Shown: positions 30,915 to 32,000 of the stretch, in pieces
Layout: the number at the start of each line of letters is the position of its first letter
How positions within the stretch are numbered: the first letter of the stretch is position 1
Notes under the pieces: generated by a model
Database searches by the model: none
What the model was told of the DNA's origin: nothing
What the model saw: only the letters and a program-made list of their open reading frames with translations
Position numbers and translations under genes: made by a program
Source of the DNA: Candidatus Fokinia solitaria
Lineage (GTDB): Bacteria; Pseudomonadota; Alphaproteobacteria; Rickettsiales; Midichloriaceae
Assembly (NCBI RefSeq): GCF_003072485.1
Contig: NZ_CP025989.1
Location: 210,001 to 242,000 of the forward strand
DNA length: 32,000 nt
Direction of reading: 5' to 3'

Positions 30915-31286
30915 TGCTGCACTTCAGTGTAGTATCTTATTCTTTCCTCTTTCTTTGGAAGTACTGTAAAAGCGCATAGTAAGGTCTTTTCTATGTGATA
31001 ATTTTCTTCTAAATCTTGCTATATTACTGTTTTCAATTTTTCTCCTTTAAATCCTTTTGTGAATCTAAGCATCTCAAAATAGTAGTCTCTTTGATAAATG
31101 TGCTGCACTGCAGTGTAGTATCTTATTCTTTCCTCTTTCTTGAGAAGTACTGTAAAAGCGCATAGTAAGGTCTTTTCTATGTGATAATTCTTCCTCTAAA
31201 TCTCGCTATATTACCGTTTTTAATTTTCTCCTTTAAATCCTTTTGTGAATCTAAGCATCTCGAAATAGTAGTCTCTTTGATAAATG
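30915..31286. repeat. Two-copy tandem direct repeat, 186-bp period (30915-31100 and 31101-31286)
   Basis: tgctgcact(t/g)cagtgtagtatcttattctttcctctttctt...agtactgtaaaagcgcatagtaaggtcttttctatgtgataatt...tctcctttaaatccttttgtgaatctaagcatctc(a/g)aaatagtagtctctttgataaatg; about 95% identity with compensating 1-nt indels. Confidence 0.93.
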
Positions 31287-31440
31287 AAGTATTTTTGATA
31301 GTAGATGAAATGCTTTTAATAACGCTTCTGAGGTTAAAAGAAAGAGATAAAGCCTCCTCACATTCTAATAAGATGTTGATATGCGTGTTCCATAATACTC
31401 TTTAGCGATTCTCTTTTTTCTCAATTTCCCTAAATGCTGC

Positions 31441-31672
31441 GCGATCTAAAGTAGAATGTATATTGAGAAGTATTTGAAATGTTGCTTCGGTGATGAAGTT
31501 GATTTAACGTGTGATGAAACAATTAAGATGAAGTTTTAGAAAAGAGATGAATAGCATAAAAGAAGCCGATCGCGAAGTTTACGAAATTATATTGAATGAA
31601 TTACACAGACAACAGGATTCTATTGAATTGATTGCATCGGAAAATTTTGTAAGTAAAGCCGTACTTGCGGCA
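31441..31672 (+). repeat. Inverted repeat, right arm (partner 28403-28632), covering glyA upstream spacer and first 42 codons
   Basis: See left arm; the arm runs from a spacer starting gcgatctaaagtagaatg to codon 42 of glyA. Confidence 0.85.
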
Positions 31673-32000
31673 TGTGGTTCTGTGCTGACAAATAAGTATG
31701 CAGAAGGATATCCAAGAAAAAGATATTATGATGGATGCGAGTTCGTAGATGAAGTGGAAGCACTTGCAATTCATAGAGCGAAACTACTCTTTAATTGTAC
31801 TTTTGCGAATGTTCAGCCTCACTCAGGTACTCAAGCAAATCAAGCAATTTTTACGGCTTTATTAAAGCCATACGATAAACTCATGAGTTTATCTTTAGAT
31901 TGTGGTGGACATCTTACACATGGTAGCGATGTTAGTATGTCAGGAAAGTGGTTTAATGTAGTTCATTATAAGCTGAATGCAGAAACACATATGCTAGACT
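31547..32000 (+). CDS. glyA: Serine hydroxymethyltransferase, 5' part (runs off window end)
   Basis: My translation from ATG 31547: [126 protein letters not shown]; canonical GlyA motifs. Confidence 0.97.
   Translation, partial: MNSIKEADREVYEIILNELHRQQDSIELIASENFVSKAVLAACGSVLTNKYAEGYPRKRYYDGCEFVDEVEALAIHRAKLLFNCTFANVQPHSGTQANQAIFTALLKPYDKLMSLSLDCGGHLTHGSDVSMSGKWFNVVHYKLNAETHMLD

Noticed and set aside
31181-31405. 74-aa plus-strand ORF in the six-frame track
   Set aside because: It lies mostly in the tandem repeat/gap region, with low-complexity Leu/Phe-rich content and no recognisable family; not supported as a gene.
31178-31504. Possible decayed minus-strand gene (INFITEATFQILLNIHSTLDRAAFREIEKKENR*RVLWNTHINILLECEEALSLSFNLRSVIKSISSTIKNTSFIKETTISRCLDSQKDLKEKIKNGNIARFRGRIIT*)
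   Set aside because: It reads protein-like but has an internal stop and no clear start or family match. Its upstream end overlaps the inverted-repeat arm, which is better explained as the spacer upstream of glyA.
1-32000. Search for CRISPR arrays, toxin-antitoxin or restriction-type defence genes, transposases, tRNA and rRNA genes
   Set aside because: No regularly spaced short repeats, no recognisable defence or transposase motifs, and no tRNA-like GTTCRANNC arm in a suitable cloverleaf context were found by eye. A tRNAscan/Infernal run would be needed to exclude small RNAs.

Overview
AT-rich, gene-dense chromosomal segment that looks like a Rickettsiales (alphaproteobacterial intracellular symbiont) genome. 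This placement is inferred from the gene set: tlc-type ATP/ADP translocase, class I lysyl-tRNA synthetase, an isolated GTA gp15-like 'megatron' gene, an NDUFS4-like complex I subunit, and scattered operons. Confident genes: folD (partial), GTA gp15-like protein, a 1847-aa secreted Ser/Thr-rich repeat protein, radA, an AsmA-like protein, rsmG, mlaE, lysK, leuS, an lpd-like gene, NDUFS4-like, lolA-like, an intradiol-dioxygenase-fold protein, lipB, atpA, an RND pump, a YfgM-like membrane protein, tlc, and glyA (partial). No classic defence system, CRISPR array, rRNA or tRNA was recognised. Most noteworthy: (1) the dihydrolipoamide dehydrogenase homologue has Tyr in place of the first redox Cys and Tyr in place of the active-site His; (2) a frameshifted glyA 5' fragment at 28403-28526 lies in inverted orientation relative to the intact glyA at 31547. 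The surrounding ~230-bp inverted repeats flank a yfgM/tlc block, and inverting that block would place the yfgM-like gene directly upstream of glyA; (3) a 186-bp tandem duplication and a 24-nt match to tlc occur in the same rearranged region; (4) the intradiol-dioxygenase-fold protein has lost its His-x-His iron ligands; (5) the giant secreted protein carries three diverged ~230-aa repeats separated by Ser/Thr linkers.
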